64,000 nucleotides of DNA, from IMG/VR virus record IMGVR_UViG_3300011008_000003; one strand, written 5' to 3'. Shown here piece by piece: positions 63,559 to 64,000 of the stretch; within the stretch, counting starts at the first letter, position 1, and every line of letters begins with the position of its first letter. A model generated the notes under the pieces. That model had not been told where the DNA came from. It did not search any database and saw nothing but the letters and a program-made list of their open reading frames with translations. The position numbers were made by a program, and so were the translations under genes. This stretch comes from a virus (Duplodnaviria; Heunggongvirae; Uroviricota; Caudoviricetes).

Positions 63559-64000
63559 ATTTCAAACTCCGATTTATTTGAAAATTTTATATTAAAAAAT
63601 TCATTTAAATATTTTTTAATAAAATCAAAATTGTCTTGTTTATATAAACAATCATTAATACAAACAAGTTTTTTATTCATTATTAATAACATTATATCTT
63701 TATAGTTATTATTATGCGATTCTATATAAGCAAAATCTTGCAAGTTGGATTCTGTATATGTTCCCAAATTTAATCTAATATATCTATATAACCAATCACT
63801 ATTAACATTATATGATTGCCTAAATTTATCATTAGGCTTATTTAATTTAATTAAATCTGTTTTTAAATCAGTAAAAATTTTTTCCACTTCCGACTTTTTT
63901 GCAGTTATCCCAACATGTACATTTTTATAAATATTAAATTTTTTTGTATACTTTTCGGCTAATTTTAAATCATTATATACAATATTCTGGAAAAAATCTA
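63555..64000 (-). CDS. Stealth-family sugar-1-phosphate transferase, C-terminal part (5' end off window)
   Basis: Frame open to window end; KFRQ, LVCINDC and FSNKSEFE match Stealth CR3/CR4. Confidence 0.7.
   Translation of the reverse strand, partial: DFFQNIVYNDLKLAEKYTKKFNIYKNVHVGITAKKSEVEKIFTDLKTDLIKLNKPNDKFRQSYNVNSDWLYRYIRLNLGTYTESNLQDFAYIESHNNNYKDIMLLIMNKKLVCINDCLYKQDNFDFIKKYLNEFFNIKFSNKSEFEI

Noticed and set aside
63926-63933. TATAAATA on + strand
   Set aside because: Inside a very AT-rich minus-strand CDS with no supported + gene after it in the window; likely chance.
1-64000. tRNA, rRNA or CRISPR loci
   Set aside because: Intergenic gaps are short and explained by promoters, terminators or small ORFs; no cloverleaf or repeat-spacer pattern was seen by eye.

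Overview
The window is a gene-dense accessory/early region of a large T4-like (probably jumbo) dsDNA phage. About 130 mostly small genes lie almost all on the minus strand. I found no rRNA, tRNA or CRISPR array. Recognisable genes: nicotinamidase PncA (partial), NadM-type adenylyltransferase-Nudix fusion, NadR-like kinase next to an OFA-type MFS transporter, SLOG protein, adjacent CoaD and CoaE, M18 aminopeptidase, stand-alone C-terminal half of an NAD-dependent DNA ligase, CCA-adding enzyme, SLT lytic transglycosylase, phosphoesterases/phosphatases, a TerD-domain protein with a structured 5' leader, and the start of an AT-rich glycan cluster (Glf, PRTase-HAD, glycosyltransferase, Stealth) containing a homing endonuclease. 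Patterns read directly from the sequence: (1) a repeated ~35-bp element in which an intrinsic terminator hairpin carries the -35 box of the next early promoter; (2) about 10 early promoters with ATG only 6-8 nt after the -10 box (leaderless mRNAs); (3) late-promoter (TATAAATA) genes sharing a portable MNLNEAKQLLKxNGYxxE peptide that looks like a capsid-targeting/protease-cleavage tag fused to unrelated payloads; (4) a tandem array of about 12 divergent paralogs sharing a C-terminal N-x-x-I-x-x-x-L-x-x-L-D helix; (5) two tail-tube-like genes under early promoters; (6) three broken genes. All calls come from reading motifs by eye; no database search was run.
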